A stretch of DNA of 38,030 nucleotides from Octopus sinensis (Eukaryota). The stretch spans positions 1-38,030 of the forward strand of contig NW_021835765.1 in the NCBI RefSeq assembly GCF_006345805.1. The letters are read 5' to 3'. The notes beneath the pieces were generated by a model. It did not search any database. It was not told where the DNA came from and saw nothing but the letters and a program-made list of their open reading frames with translations. Below, piece by piece: positions 12,355 through 24,500 of this stretch. The position numbers and the translations under genes were made by a program. The first letter of the stretch is position 1; each line of letters opens with the position of its first letter.

Positions 12355-12764
12355 CTACATGCTGGAGGATTTTTACAGCGACCGTGTCCTTGAAGAGAAA
12401 TACACTTTTTCCAAAACAGGAGTATTTTTCCAACTTCATCCTTTGACGGACCACAGAGTTAGGTTACTGATTTTAGTTGCCAGGGGTATTTGACCTATAT
12501 AAGAGACCTGCCTATCAATGATAGCCCGGAGATATTCAGACTGCACGAGAATCCAGATATCACTTTCGCTCAAAACCAAAGTGCCAGAATACCAGAAGAC
12601 TCGTCTGAAATGTCTGTTTATTAGTTTATGATTGAGATTGTGGACAAACTTGTCAGAGATATCTTCCCCATTCTTTCCCTCGAATTCAGCATAGTGGAAA
12701 TATCTTTAAAGTATCCCGTCCTTTACGAAGAGTCAATGAACACTTCCTCATCCAAGAAGCCATA
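12355..12764 (+). repeat. ~410-bp near-identical copy of dynein C-terminal region 17930-18336
   Basis: Direct alignment from ctacatgctggagg to gaagccata. Only four 1-2 nt indels differ, and the 26-nt intron is present in both copies. Confidence 0.95.
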
Positions 12765-12789
12765 AGTTCCCCCAAATAAGTCAATTGAC

Positions 12790-13195
12790 AAGGCACTATT
12801 CCACCAGAAACCTAATCTACCCAAATCAGACATGTGGGATTGTTTCGGAAGCTAATTGGTCCCGTCTGATTATTTCAAATAAAAGTCCGTAGAATTCTTT
12901 CGTCATTATTTTGTCTGTCGAAATTTCTAAATTCATTCTTCTAAACTCAGAAATCATTGGTTCATTCTCCGTCAAATTTAGTTCGATTTTATGCTTATTT
13001 TAAATCAACAAAATACACAAAGTTCATTGTTTTGCATTTTTAGTTCTGTCATTGCCTTGCAGTGCAACTGTTCAAAACTTGAAACTCTGTCCAAAAGTGA
13101 ATTAAAACGACATTTCAGATCATTTAGAAGTCTTTCACTGCATTCGGACTGTTCTTTAAGGTTTTCGACGAGGTTTTGAAATTTGTTGGACCCAG
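12790..13195 (-). pseudogene. unidentified coiled-coil host gene fragment
   Basis: Reads FQNLVENLKEQSECSERLLNDLKCRFNSLLDRVSSFEQLHCKAMTELKMQNNELC / 23-nt intron at 13016-12994 / HKIELNLTENEPMISEFRRMNLE...ETIPHV*. The frame is continuous after splicing. Confidence 0.5.
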
Positions 13196-13199
13196 ACAG

Positions 13200-13697
13200 T
13201 CGGAAGTGAATCTACGGCCCTCCTCTGGGGAAAAAACGAATATTTTTTATTGATGATTTGAATATACCAGCACTAGAAATCTGGGGAGCTCAAACTCCAA
13301 TCGAATTAATTCGACAGTGTCTCGGAAACGGAGGTTGGTACAACAGGAAAATGATTGGTTCGGTCATTTATGTCTATTTTGTGTAGAAGACTTTTGCAAA
13401 CTGATTGACATTAATTTCTGTTGTGCAATGGGTCCTCCTGGTGGGGTAGAAACGCAATGACGCAGAGGTTTTTGAGATGCTTCAACATGGTCTCCTTTGT
13501 GGAAATGAGTGACACAAGCATCCGCCACATATTCGGCACAATCATACGCACGTGGGCAGGTTAAGAAGTAAAAATGAATAATTCAGATGGCATAAATCGA
13601 TTTTGGGACACGTAGATCAGATTGTTACGGCATGCATTAAAATATACCAAAATGTCCTCAAATTTTTCCTTCCGACTCCGAACAAGACTCTTTACAA
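13200..13697 (+). pseudogene. DNAH1: DNAH1-like segment 2, rest of AAA3
   Basis: Reads RK*IYGPPLGKKRIFFIDDLNIPALEIWGAQTPIELIRQCLGNGGWYNRK...DINFCCAMGPPGG...HVDQIVTACIKIYQNVLKFFLPTPNKTLY. It ends exactly at the hAT terminus. Confidence 0.9.
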
Positions 13698-15454
13698 CAG
13701 AGGTGTCAATTTCGCTTCGAGGGCCGCATTTATAATAATTTCTCATTAAGGGAAGATTGATTCTGATATTTATTATGATGAATAACCAAAATAAAAGAAA
13801 CTAAATTATTCAATCATCGCCCTTTAATTTTGGTGAGAACTGCTTCCAGAGGATTAACATCTTTTTTAGATACAATTTTTGATGTGTCAGGATGAGCTAT
13901 TCATTTAGTTCCGACTTTTATTAAAGAAGATAAATGTTCATCATTTAATCCTGTTTTTTGAGCAGTTTTTGTCAATTTCATTAAAGAAAAAAAGCTGTTC
14001 ACAACATATGTCGAATCAAACATAGCAATGATTTTTTTGCGCAAACTTTTTAAAGTTTTTAAACTTTCCAAAAAGATATGAAAAGAAAGCAGGTATTCTA
14101 ACCTCCAAATATTTAGCTTTATAAACATTCATCTGCATTGGAAACATTAAGAGAGAATGGTGATGCGAATAATGAAAATTGTTGTTCAAAAGACGAAAAA
14201 TCATTAAATCTTTCTTGAAATTTATTTAACAACGATTCTAGTTGTTTTTCATACCGAGTAAATTCATTACATTATGTGCATCAACAGTACTCCTGATCCA
14301 AGATTGACTTTTCATTTCGTCTATGTTTTGCCTTTTCATCTCCATAAATGAAATTATTTCCGATCTCAGCGAAAGAAAATTTTTTAACAACTTTGTGAAG
14401 TGATAACCAGCGGACTGGAGTATAAAAAGGAATGTCGCTTAACTGATTATTAATATCTGTCAGCAGTTTACTAAACTTCCGGTGGTTGAGGGGATGACCT
14501 CTGATATAGTTTACTGTTTTTGTGACCAAACTAATGGTATTTTCCATTTTTAATATTTTGAACACAAATATTGCTGATGAATAATACAATCAAAATGAGC
14601 AAATGATGACCCGGGATTTACCTTTTCTATTTCAGCTCGCAATTTGGCGGCAACGCCAGCATGTCGTCCAACCATATTCGGAGCACCATCAGTGCATAAA
14701 CATACAAGCTTCTTCAAATCAAATCCATATTCAAAGAGAATTTGTAGTAGTTATATAAAGATATCTTTACTAGTAGTAGTATCGTGCATTGGTACCAGTT
14801 CGAGAAATTCTTCATAAATATCAAATCTGAATCACATGCTCTAACAAAGATTGCTAATTGTCCAATTCCAACGACGTCGACTGTTTCATTGATTGCAATT
14901 GAAAAATATAATCGAATTTTAACAAATCAGACTTCATTGGTTTTTCAAATTCATTGTCATTTCATTAATGTGTTCGGCAACAGTAGAAATATCTTAAACA
15001 AGTGGGCGTCGTCTGGACAAATAATATTCGTTGTTTTTACAAGGCATTGCTTGATGAAATTACCATCACAATATGATTTTCCATTTACTGCAAGCATTCT
15101 GCTGATTTCATAGCTTGCAGTGACAAATGAAGTACTTCGATTATGACTTTTTGTGAAATAAGTCTGTAGCGCAGATAAATTTTTTCGCAATTTTGTGAAA
15201 CATGCATTGGACCTTCTTGGTTAATAAGCAACCTTCGAAATAATTGTATGACAAATGATTAGATTGATAATGCCTCTTTAGGTTGTGTTCTTTCGGTATA
15301 GCGATAAAATTGTTAAATATCAAACAATGTATTTTTCCATCAACCTTTGTGTAAAAATAGAAAAGTTATCATTAATCTTGAAACACTCTCCGTTCATCTT
15401 TCAAGCATCGTTTCATTTTTATTCCAGAAAAAGCACGTGACATTGACAAACATG
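13698..15454 (-). mobile_element. hAT transposon (SPIN/GTF2IRD2-like), decayed, inserted in dynein
   Basis: Terminus CAGAGGTGTCAA at 13698 is preceded by cttTAcaa. The minus strand reads MKRCLKDERRVFQD..HNLKRHYQSNH, YEISRMLAVNGKSYCDGNFIKQCL, LCTDGAPNMVG, CIIHQQYLCSK, VNYIRGHPLNHRKF and VRWLSLHKV. The right end (ttgacaaacatg followed by atttaaaa) is only a tentative degenerate TIR/TSD. Confidence 0.85.
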
Positions 15455-15519
15455 ATTTAAAAATACAATTAAAAATTTTAATTAAATGTAACAAAAATAA
15501 AAAAAATAATTTTTTGTAG

Positions 15520-18500
15520 ACTTGATTTGTCATGTTTACGTACGATATCAAACATTTGTGTCAAATTTCTCGCGTTATTCGTCAGCCCTACAAAATAGGC
15601 CAAGAACTATGGTCTAACTGAATGGAAGGAAGACCTCCAATCAGTCATGATGTTGGCTAATCTAAAGGAGACTCAGATTGTGTTTCTCTTCATGACACAC
15701 AGGTTGGGACTTGAAGAGACCTCAATGGCAGATAAAAAGACGAAGGATTTTTTGAGAGCCTCAACAACATCTTAAATTCAAGAGATGTTCGAAATCTTTA
15801 CGGAAATGAAGAATTGGACAAAATATATGAGCAAATGCAGCCAATTTATAGTGAGATGCGGATGCAGCCCACCAAGACAAATTTATACTCGATATACACG
15901 AAGAGAGTGAGAACTAATCTAGAAGAAACAAGAGCTCATGTTAGAAGGAAGAAACTGATGCATGTGCAAAGGCAGAAGAGTGTCAGAACATCGCCGACGA
16001 TGCCAAACGAGACCTGAGTGAAGCCCTCCTCATCCTGGTTGGTCAATACGTCTTAGATTATGAAGGGGATCAAGCCCAAAAAAGTCCCCACCGACATTCC
16101 CGAAGTTTGGACATCGATGGGGAACCCGGTAAAAATACGGAATTGGCAAATTACCGGACTGCCTAAAGACAACCTTTTGGTAGAAAATGCACTCATCGCC
16201 AATAACTCAAAACGGTGGCCACTATTTATTAACCCACAAGGACAGGTGAACAAATGGATTAAAATGCTGGAGAAGAATTCGACCCAGTCTCTGACTCTCT
16301 GCTTCTGAGACAAGTAAAATAACCTGAACGATTGAAGACCTTCAAACAATCGGGGACCACTGTAATCAAACTAGGGGACACATTCATCCCCTACCACGGC
16401 GACTTTCGGTTCTATATCACCACCAAAATGTCGAATCCACATTACATGCCAGAAATAAGTGTGAAAGTGGTTTTGATCATTTTTACTCTCAGTCTTCGGT
16501 ATAAAAGTCATTTTCAGTTTTAGAGGCCTCAACCATCGTTTCTTTTTTATTCCAGAAAAAGCACGTGGATCAGTTATTGGGGATTGTCGTGACGGAGGGA
16601 CTTTCTGACCTTGAAGAGGCCAAGAACCAGTTGATTGTCAATAATGCTCGAATAAGGCATATAAATACGAATCAATATTCAAATAGGAAGGAATTAGAAT
16701 ACAAAATTATTGTTCGACTCAGTTCATCGGAAGGCAACGCCGTGGATGACATTGACCTAGTAAAAATGCTGGCATGCGGGTAGCTGTGAATACTCAAGTA
16801 CTGTTTTTTCGTAGTGGATTTGGCTAAGATTGACCCAATGTATCAATACTCGTTGGAGTGGTTCGGAAAAATATTTCTCAACAGTATTGCCAACGCAAAA
16901 AACTCAGGTCATCTCAAAAAGCAGGAACTAAATTGTAGATGATCTGAAAGAGAGAATAACTTTCATAAACGAATATTTTACTTTCAATTTGTACTCCACT
17001 GTGTGTCGATCGCTCTTTGAACGTAACAAACTCTTGTTTGTATTCCTCTTTTGTGTGCGAATCAAACAGAACTTTGGAGAAATAAAGGCAGTTCTTAAAA
17101 TTCAACGAGTGTTTAGAACGAGTGAAGATATCTCCTGTTGAGCTCATTCGAAAAGACCATTCAAAAACCGAACCCCGCTCCAGACTGGCTCTCAGACAGA
17201 AATTGGAAGGAATTGGAGGGACTGGCCTTACTGGACTCATTTAAAGGAATAGTCGAACACTTTATTGACAATTTTTGCAAATATAAACATATGTTTGATA
17301 GTTCAGATCCCCACAAGTACATCTTATAGTTTTATTAACAACCATCCACTGCCAGCTCTCTGAGAATGATTGTCCTCAAATGTCTTCGGTCTGATAAAAT
17401 AACCCCGAATATGCAGCAATACGTCTCCAACAACCTTGGAAGCCATTTCATCGAGCCTCAGGTGAATTTGGGTGATGGAGACGGTTTAGACTACTCACCT
17501 GAGTCTAGTCTTCAAGGACTCATCTCCCTTCGTTCTTTTCGTCTTCATTATTTCGGCTGGAACTTACCCTGCGGCGGATTTATACAAATTCGCGCAGGAA
17601 ATGCGCTTTTTTAAAAAACTTTTGTCAATTTCTTTTGGACAAGGACAAGGCCCCAGGGCTGAAGAGATTATGAGAGAAGAAATTGAGCACTGGTTAGCTT
17701 GTTTTATGGAGTCATCTTAAGAGAGGAAATTTGGGGTCCCTGGGATTTAATATTCCTTACGAATTCACAGACGGAGACTTGCGGATATGTATTAGTCAGT
17801 TGAAAATATTTTTAATAGAAGTAAAAAGTTTTAAGCCATATTTATATAAAAACACGTCTTAAAGTACACTGCTGGGGAGATAAACTACGGCGGACGACTC
17901 ACCGACGACTGGGACAGAAGGACAGTCGCCTACATGCTGGAGGATTTTTACAGCGACCGTGTCCTTGAAGAGAAATACACTTTTTCCAAAACAGGAGTAT
18001 TTTTCCAACTTCATCCTTTGACGGACCACAGAGTTAGGTTACTGATTTTAGTTGCCAGGGGTATTTGACCTATATAAGAGACCTGCCTATCAATGATAGC
18101 CCGGATATTCAGACTGCACGAGAATCCAGATATCACTTTCGCTCAAAACCAAAGTGCCAGAATACCAGAAGACTCGTCTGAAATGTCTGTTTTTAGTTTA
18201 TGATTGAGATTGTGGACAAACTTGTCAGAGATATCTTCCCCATTCTTTCCCTCGAATTCAGCATAGTGGAAATATCTTTAAAGTATCCGTCCTTTACGAA
18301 GAGTCAATGAACACTTCCCTCATCCAAGAAGCCATAGTGGTAATATTATATGTCAGTTAGAATCGTCTTCTTGGTGTCATTAGAAGGTGTTTGGAAAACT
18401 TACTCAAGGCCGTCAAAGGACTGGTTGTCATTTCCCAGGAGTTGAAGGACATGGCACAGAGTTTGTACACCAATAGAGTGCCTTGATGTGGGAAAAATAT

Positions 18501-19149
18501 GTATTCTCTGTTTTTTTAGTTTTTAGGGATATCCCTCACTCAAATCACTCTCTGCCTGGATGACGGACTTGGTGGACTGGACGAGGTTCATTGGCGATTG
18601 GATAATGGCGGAATTTCCAAGGTCTTATAAAGGCAATATGCTTAGTTGTTTTGGATTTCGGGTTTCTTTTTTCCGCAGGCTTTCTTGATGGCAACTCTCT
18701 AAAACTATGCTCGAAAGAACGTGATTTTAATTGATAAAATAAGTTTCGCTTTTAAAGTATGGCCGTGAGCACAGTGTAGGTGTTGGAAGGAGAGGATATA
18801 TCCAGTCCTCCTTTGAGTGGGTATTAGATTACGGGCTTGTTTATGGAGGGGGGTCAATGAGACGGGGGACGTCGAGTGGAGTCGAGACCGAAGGAACTGT
18901 ATGTGGAAATGCCTCCAATCTGGCTGATTCCGACAGAAAATAAAAATTATGACGACTCCTTGTACGTATGTCCGGTTTATAAGACACTGACGAGAGCTGG
19001 TGAGTCATGTGGTGGAGGAATGTGTAGGGACTCTGTCCACCACGGGACATTCCACTAACTTTGTTTTCTCGATAGATCTATGTAGTTGGGAAAAGCCAGA
19101 TTACTGGATAAAGCGCGGAGTGGCTATGATATGCGCTCTGAACTATTAA
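15520..19149 (+). pseudogene. DNAH1: DNAH1-like segment 3, AAA4 to C-terminus, with many deletions, stops and frameshifts
   Basis: Motifs in order: [117 protein letters not shown] / 28-nt intron 19000-19027 / [12 protein letters not shown]...[14 protein letters not shown] (stop 19147-19149). The C-terminus matches my recollection of human DNAH1 (ICALDY). Confidence 0.9.
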
Positions 19150-19499
19150 CATTTGATTTATCACTAATTTCATTATTTGGATTTGCTCACACTTTCTATT
19201 GCTTAGTTAAGACCCCTCAGTGGTAGTACTAGGTGTGTCCATTTGATGCCAAATACGCTTGGTTTGTCTAAATAGACAAAGTTATTGAAATAATAAAAAT
19301 GTAATAACTATTAGGCAACAACGATTATGTAATAGCATTTTTTGAGTTTATTCCTATAATCTGTTATATATTTTTTTTAATTTCTCAACACTGTAATTTT
19401 ATTTTGCATCATTATTGTCATCCAGAGTGTCAGAACATTTAACAAGAGAATATAATCTAAATATTTATTTTATTTGATTTGACATTTCTCTTATTTGTT

Positions 19500-20325
19500 A
19501 CTCACAATTTGAATGTCCACTGGTTGGTCTTCGATGTCTTTTTCCACAAATGATGACATTTCTGGGCTGACCAATGCAAAGAGACTGCTTAGAGAAGCGT
19601 TCAATTTTACTTCAAAGTCAATTTACAAATGTAACAAGATGACACAGAGCCATTTTACGTGTTTTGAAGTCCATTTCGACTAATCTGCCAGCACAGCACA
19701 CTTCAGGTCTTTTTCGATAATTGGGATGTTTGGTTCTAACAGATTGGAGGAAATGGACTCCGGACGGGAATAAAATTCATTGGATATCCATTATATGAAT
19801 CATACGCGTTTCTCTGTGTGGAATTTGTTATATCCCCACCCTTAAAATATGTTTATATCACTGATACAGTGTGATTGTAGTTATTCGCCATTCTTTTAGT
19901 TTTTTAATAATTGGAGTGTTTGGTCCTAACAGATTGGCATATAACAGCCACTTATCTTCAAACATTCGCCACCCAGTCAAGTAGGGTGATTCCAAGGGGA
20001 GTCAGCTGCTGGTCCAGAAGTAACTGTCATGAATGCATCACGACAATACTTTTTCAGTACTCATTTCAATACTGTTGAATATTCCGTTTACTTCGATGAC
20101 TCTTGTGGAGATTATCCCTTTGACTTTTGTTTGGGTCTGGTCAAAATGAGGAAATATGAGTCTAAAAATGTGATTTGATAAATATGATCCTACTTTTAAC
20201 TACGGATATAAGGTCATCAAGTGTTGCCCCGACTTTTCTCATTCTCCGGAAGAGCGAGATTTTTCGAGCTTTATAAAACCGAAGTCGTCGGAAAGAACTG
20301 CAAGATTGCCGTCAGCCATCATATT
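19500..20325 (-). pseudogene. unidentified decayed coding fragment(s)
   Basis: Protein-like stretches in shifting frames: MMADGNLAVLSDDFGFIK, LIFPHFDQTQTKVKGIISTRVIEVNGIFNSIEM and NLLGPNTPII / NLLEPNIPII. No family recognised. Confidence 0.25.
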
Positions 20326-21550
20326 TGTGCTAATTTATAAATAAAGTTTAGTTATTTTGAGATAATATTCAAGCTGATATTGTATAAGATAGGAAAGCGG
20401 AGCTTATATCTTTAAGAAGCTTGTATGGGTCCATTCTTAGCGATTTCAACTGCAAAAGTAACGCTAATTTAGACTATATATCCCGTTTTGAAAAACCTTG
20501 AAATTTGCACTATTTTTATAGGTTTTTTTTAATCTCTTTGTCGATTACAATTGAATTTAAAATTGTTTGTCAACATGAGTCAACATAGTATTTGATGAGG
20601 TTTGTTGTCTGAGTTGATAGTATTTACAGCTGTTTGGAGATCCTCACACCAGGTTGCAAGGAGTATGTACAATAATAAGTTTTTTAAAATTAATATTTTT
20701 TTTGAGGCAACTACACTATTGACCCGTCTTGTCTCGACATTTTATCGCGTCGTATTTTATTAAGGCACGCTACTTACGACTTAGACTAAACACAGAATTC
20801 ACTCGCACTAAAAAAATGTAACCTAGCTTAGTCTTCTGAATACTTTTTGTCAAGTCCCTGACTTTTTCCGTCCTTTTTATACGGGGTTTCCCTCTCTAAT
20901 ATTTGCAGAATGTTTCTGTAGCGGATATTAGTCATGAAGGACATTTCGGGAATTTCCGACCCCATAAATAATATATTAGTACTATGGACAATAAAAGTCA
21001 ATTAATTATTTATCTTAGTTAATTGTTTATATAATGAATAATTTTATAAAATAAATAAAAAAACATTTAAATTCGTGAGTAAGTATGTAGTATGTTGTGG
21101 GTAATCATCTGTAGACGTACAGATACAAAGGAATCATTTGATTTATGCTGCTGACATATTTGTGGACATTGAGAGCCAAGAATGAAAAATATGTTTGAGG
21201 AGAGATTTTCTTGATTGTAAATAATAATGCGTAATATGTGACATGGGCAACGCGTTACGCATGGGCAACCGGTTACATTTTTTGACCTTGTAGATGTCAA
21301 AATTAAATCCTTTGATTATCACAAATAATATTTTTATGGGCCAATTATAAAGTTTAACAATGCCTTGTATGGATTTAAATTGGTTTTTGTTCATGTACTT
21401 AAATAATTTTAAAAAGTTATTTTTTTTAATGTTGGTAAACCTAAACTTATTGGAAAATTTTTAGCGTGCTAGATTTGTCTCTTGTAATCTAATAATAAAA
21501 TGATATGGTGTCTGTCTGTCTGTGTGTGCACACCAACTTCAAATTGGCAA

Positions 21551-24500
21551 TACGATGTCCTCGACTTACATGATGAGGTCCTTAAAACCTTCCCCCAAAA
21601 AAAATTAAAAAAAATTTTCTGCATTTTGGTTAAAATGAACAACTACAATGTCCTCGACTTACATGATGAAGTCCTTAAAACCTTCCCCCCAAAAAAAAAT
21701 TAAAAAAAAGTTTTCTGCATTTTGGTTAAAATGAACAACTACAATGTCCTCGACTTACATGATGAAGTCCTTAAAACCTTCCCCCAAAAAAAATTAAAAA
21801 AAAAAAAAGTTTTCTGCATTTTGGTTAAAACGAACAACTACAATGTCTTCGACTTACATGATGAAGTCCTTAAAACCTTCCCCCCAAAAAAAATTAAAAA
21901 AAATTTTCTGCATTTTGGTTAAAATGAACAACTACAATGTCCTCGACTTACATGATGAAGTCCTTAAAACCTTCCCCCAAAAAAAAATTAAAAAAAAAGT
22001 TTTCTGCATTTTGGTTAAAACGAACAACTACAATGTCTTCGACTTACATGATGATGAAGTCCTTAAAACCTTCCCCCAAAAAAAATTAAAAAAAAAGTTT
22101 TCTGCATTGGGGTTAAAACGAACAACTACAATGTCTTCGACTTACATGATGAAGTCCTTAAAACCTTCCCCCCAAAAAAAAATTAAAAAAAAAGTTTTCT
22201 GCATTTTGGTTAAAACGAACAACTACAATGTCTTCGACTTACATGATGAAGTCCTTAAAACCTTCCCCCCAAAAAAAATTAAAAAAAAAGTTTTCTGCAT
22301 TTTGGTTAAAACGAACAACTACAATGTCTTCGACTTACATGATGAAGTCCTTAAAACCTTCCCCCCAAAAAAAATTAAAAAAAATTTTCTGCATTTTGGT
22401 TAAAATGAAAACTACAATGTCTTCGACTTACATGATGAAGTCCTCCTTAAAACCTTCCCCCCAAAAAAAAATTAAAAAAAATTTTCTGCATTTTGGTTAA
22501 AATGAACAACTACAATGTCCTCGACTTACATGATGAAGTCCTTAAAACCTTCCCCCCAAAAAAAAAAATTAAAAAAAAAGTTTTCTGCATTTTGGTTAAA
22601 ACGAACAACTACAATGTCTTCGACTTACATGATGAAGTCCTTAAAACCTTCCCCCCAAAAAAAAATTAAAAAAAAAGTTTTCTGCATTTTGGTTAAAACG
22701 AACAACTACAATGTCTTCGACTTACATGATGAAGTCCTTAAAACCTTCCCCCCAAAAAAAAATTAAAAAAAAAGTTTTCTGCATTTTGGTTAAAACGAAC
22801 AACTACAATGTCTTCGACTTACATGATGAAGTCCTTAAAACCTTCCCCCCAAAAAAAATTAAAAAAAATTTTCTGCATTTTGGTTAAAATGAACAACTAC
22901 AATGTCTTCGACTTACATGATGAAGTCCTTAAAACCTTCCCCCCCAAAAAAAATTAAAAAAAATTTTCTGCATTTTGGTTAAAATGAACAACTACAATGT
23001 CCTCGACTTACATGATGAAGTCCTTAAAACCTTCCCCCCAAAAAAAAATTAAAAAAAAAGTTTTCTGCATTTTGGTTAAAACGAACAACTACAATGTCTT
23101 CGACTTACATGATGAAGTCCTTAAAACCTTCCCCCCAAAAAAAATTTAAAAAAATTTTCTGCATTTTGGTTAAAATGAACAACTACAATGTCCTCGACTT
23201 ACATGATGAAGTCCTTGAAACCTTCCCCCCAAAAAAAAATTAAAAAAAAAGTTTTCTGCATTTTGGTTAAAATGAACAACTACAATGTCTTCGACTTACA
23301 TGATGAAGTCCTTAAAACCTTCCCCCCCAAAAAAAATTAAAAAAAATTTTCTGCATTTTGGTTAAAATGAACAACTACAATGTCCTCGACTTACATGATG
23401 AAGTCCTTAAAACCTTCCCCCCAAAAAAAAGTTAAAAAAAATTTTCTGCATTTTGGTTAAAATGAACAACTACAATGTTCGACTTACATGATGAAGTCCT
23501 TAAAACCTTCCCCCCAAAAAAAATTAAAAAAAATTTTCTGCATTTTGGTTAAAATGAACAACTACAATGTCCTCGACTTACATGATGAAGTCCTTAAAAC
23601 CTTCCCCCCAAAAAAAAATTTAAAAAAATTTTCTGCATTTTGGTTAAAATGAACAACTACAATGTCTTCGACTTACATGATGAAGTCCTTAAAACCTTCC
23701 CCCCCCCAAAAAAAATTAAAAAAAATTTTCTGCATTTTGGTTAAAATGAACAACTACAATGTCCTCGACTTACATGATGAAGTCCTTAAAACCTTCCCCC
23801 CAAAAAAAAGTTAAAAAAAATTCTGCATTTTGGTTAAAATGAACAACTACAATGTTCTCGACTTACATGATGAAGTCCTTAAAACCTTCCCCCCAAAAAA
23901 AATTAAAAAAAATTTTCTGCATTTTGGTTAAAATGAACAACTACAATGTCCTCGACTTACATGATGAAGTCCTTAAAACCTTCCCCCCAAAAAAAATAAA
24001 AAAAATTTTCTGCATTTTGGTTAAAATGAACAACTACAATGTCCTCGACTTACATGATGAAGTCCTTAAAACCTTCCCCCCAAAAAAAAGTTAAAAAAAA
24101 TTTTCTGCATTTTGGTTAAAATGAACAACTACAATGTTCTCGACTTACATGATGAAGTCCTTAAAACCTTCCCCCCAAAAAAAATTAAAAAAAATTTTCT
24201 GCATTTTGGTTAAAATGAACAACTACAATGTCCTCGACTTACATGATGAAGTCCTTAAAACCTTCCCCCCAAAAAAAAATTAAAAAAAAAGTTTTCTGCA
24301 TTTTGGTTAAAATGAACAACTACAATGTCCTCGACTTACATGATGAAGTCCTTAAAACCTTCCCCCCAAAAAAAATTAAAAAAAAAGTTTTCTGCATTTT
24401 GGTTAAAACGAACAACTACAATGTCTTCGACTTACATGATGAAGTCCTTAAAACCTTCCCCCCAAAAAAAAATTAAAAAAAAAGTTTTCTGCATTTTGGT

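Noticed and set aside
9642-19149. Ciliate-style scrambled gene needing programmed unscrambling
   Set aside because: The pieces are collinear apart from one redundant duplicate, no pointer repeats were seen at junctions, whole domains are missing, and there are in-frame stops and frameshifts.
9642-19149. Dynein lesions as sequencing error
   Set aside because: ATG9 next door is error-free over 1.9 kb, and multi-hundred-base deletions and shared lesions in the duplicate are not read-error patterns. Some single homopolymer indels could still be errors.
19990-20060. Guanylyl cyclase similarity (DAFMTVTSGP, minus strand)
   Set aside because: Only a few residues resemble GDAYMVVSG, and no other cyclase motifs are nearby.
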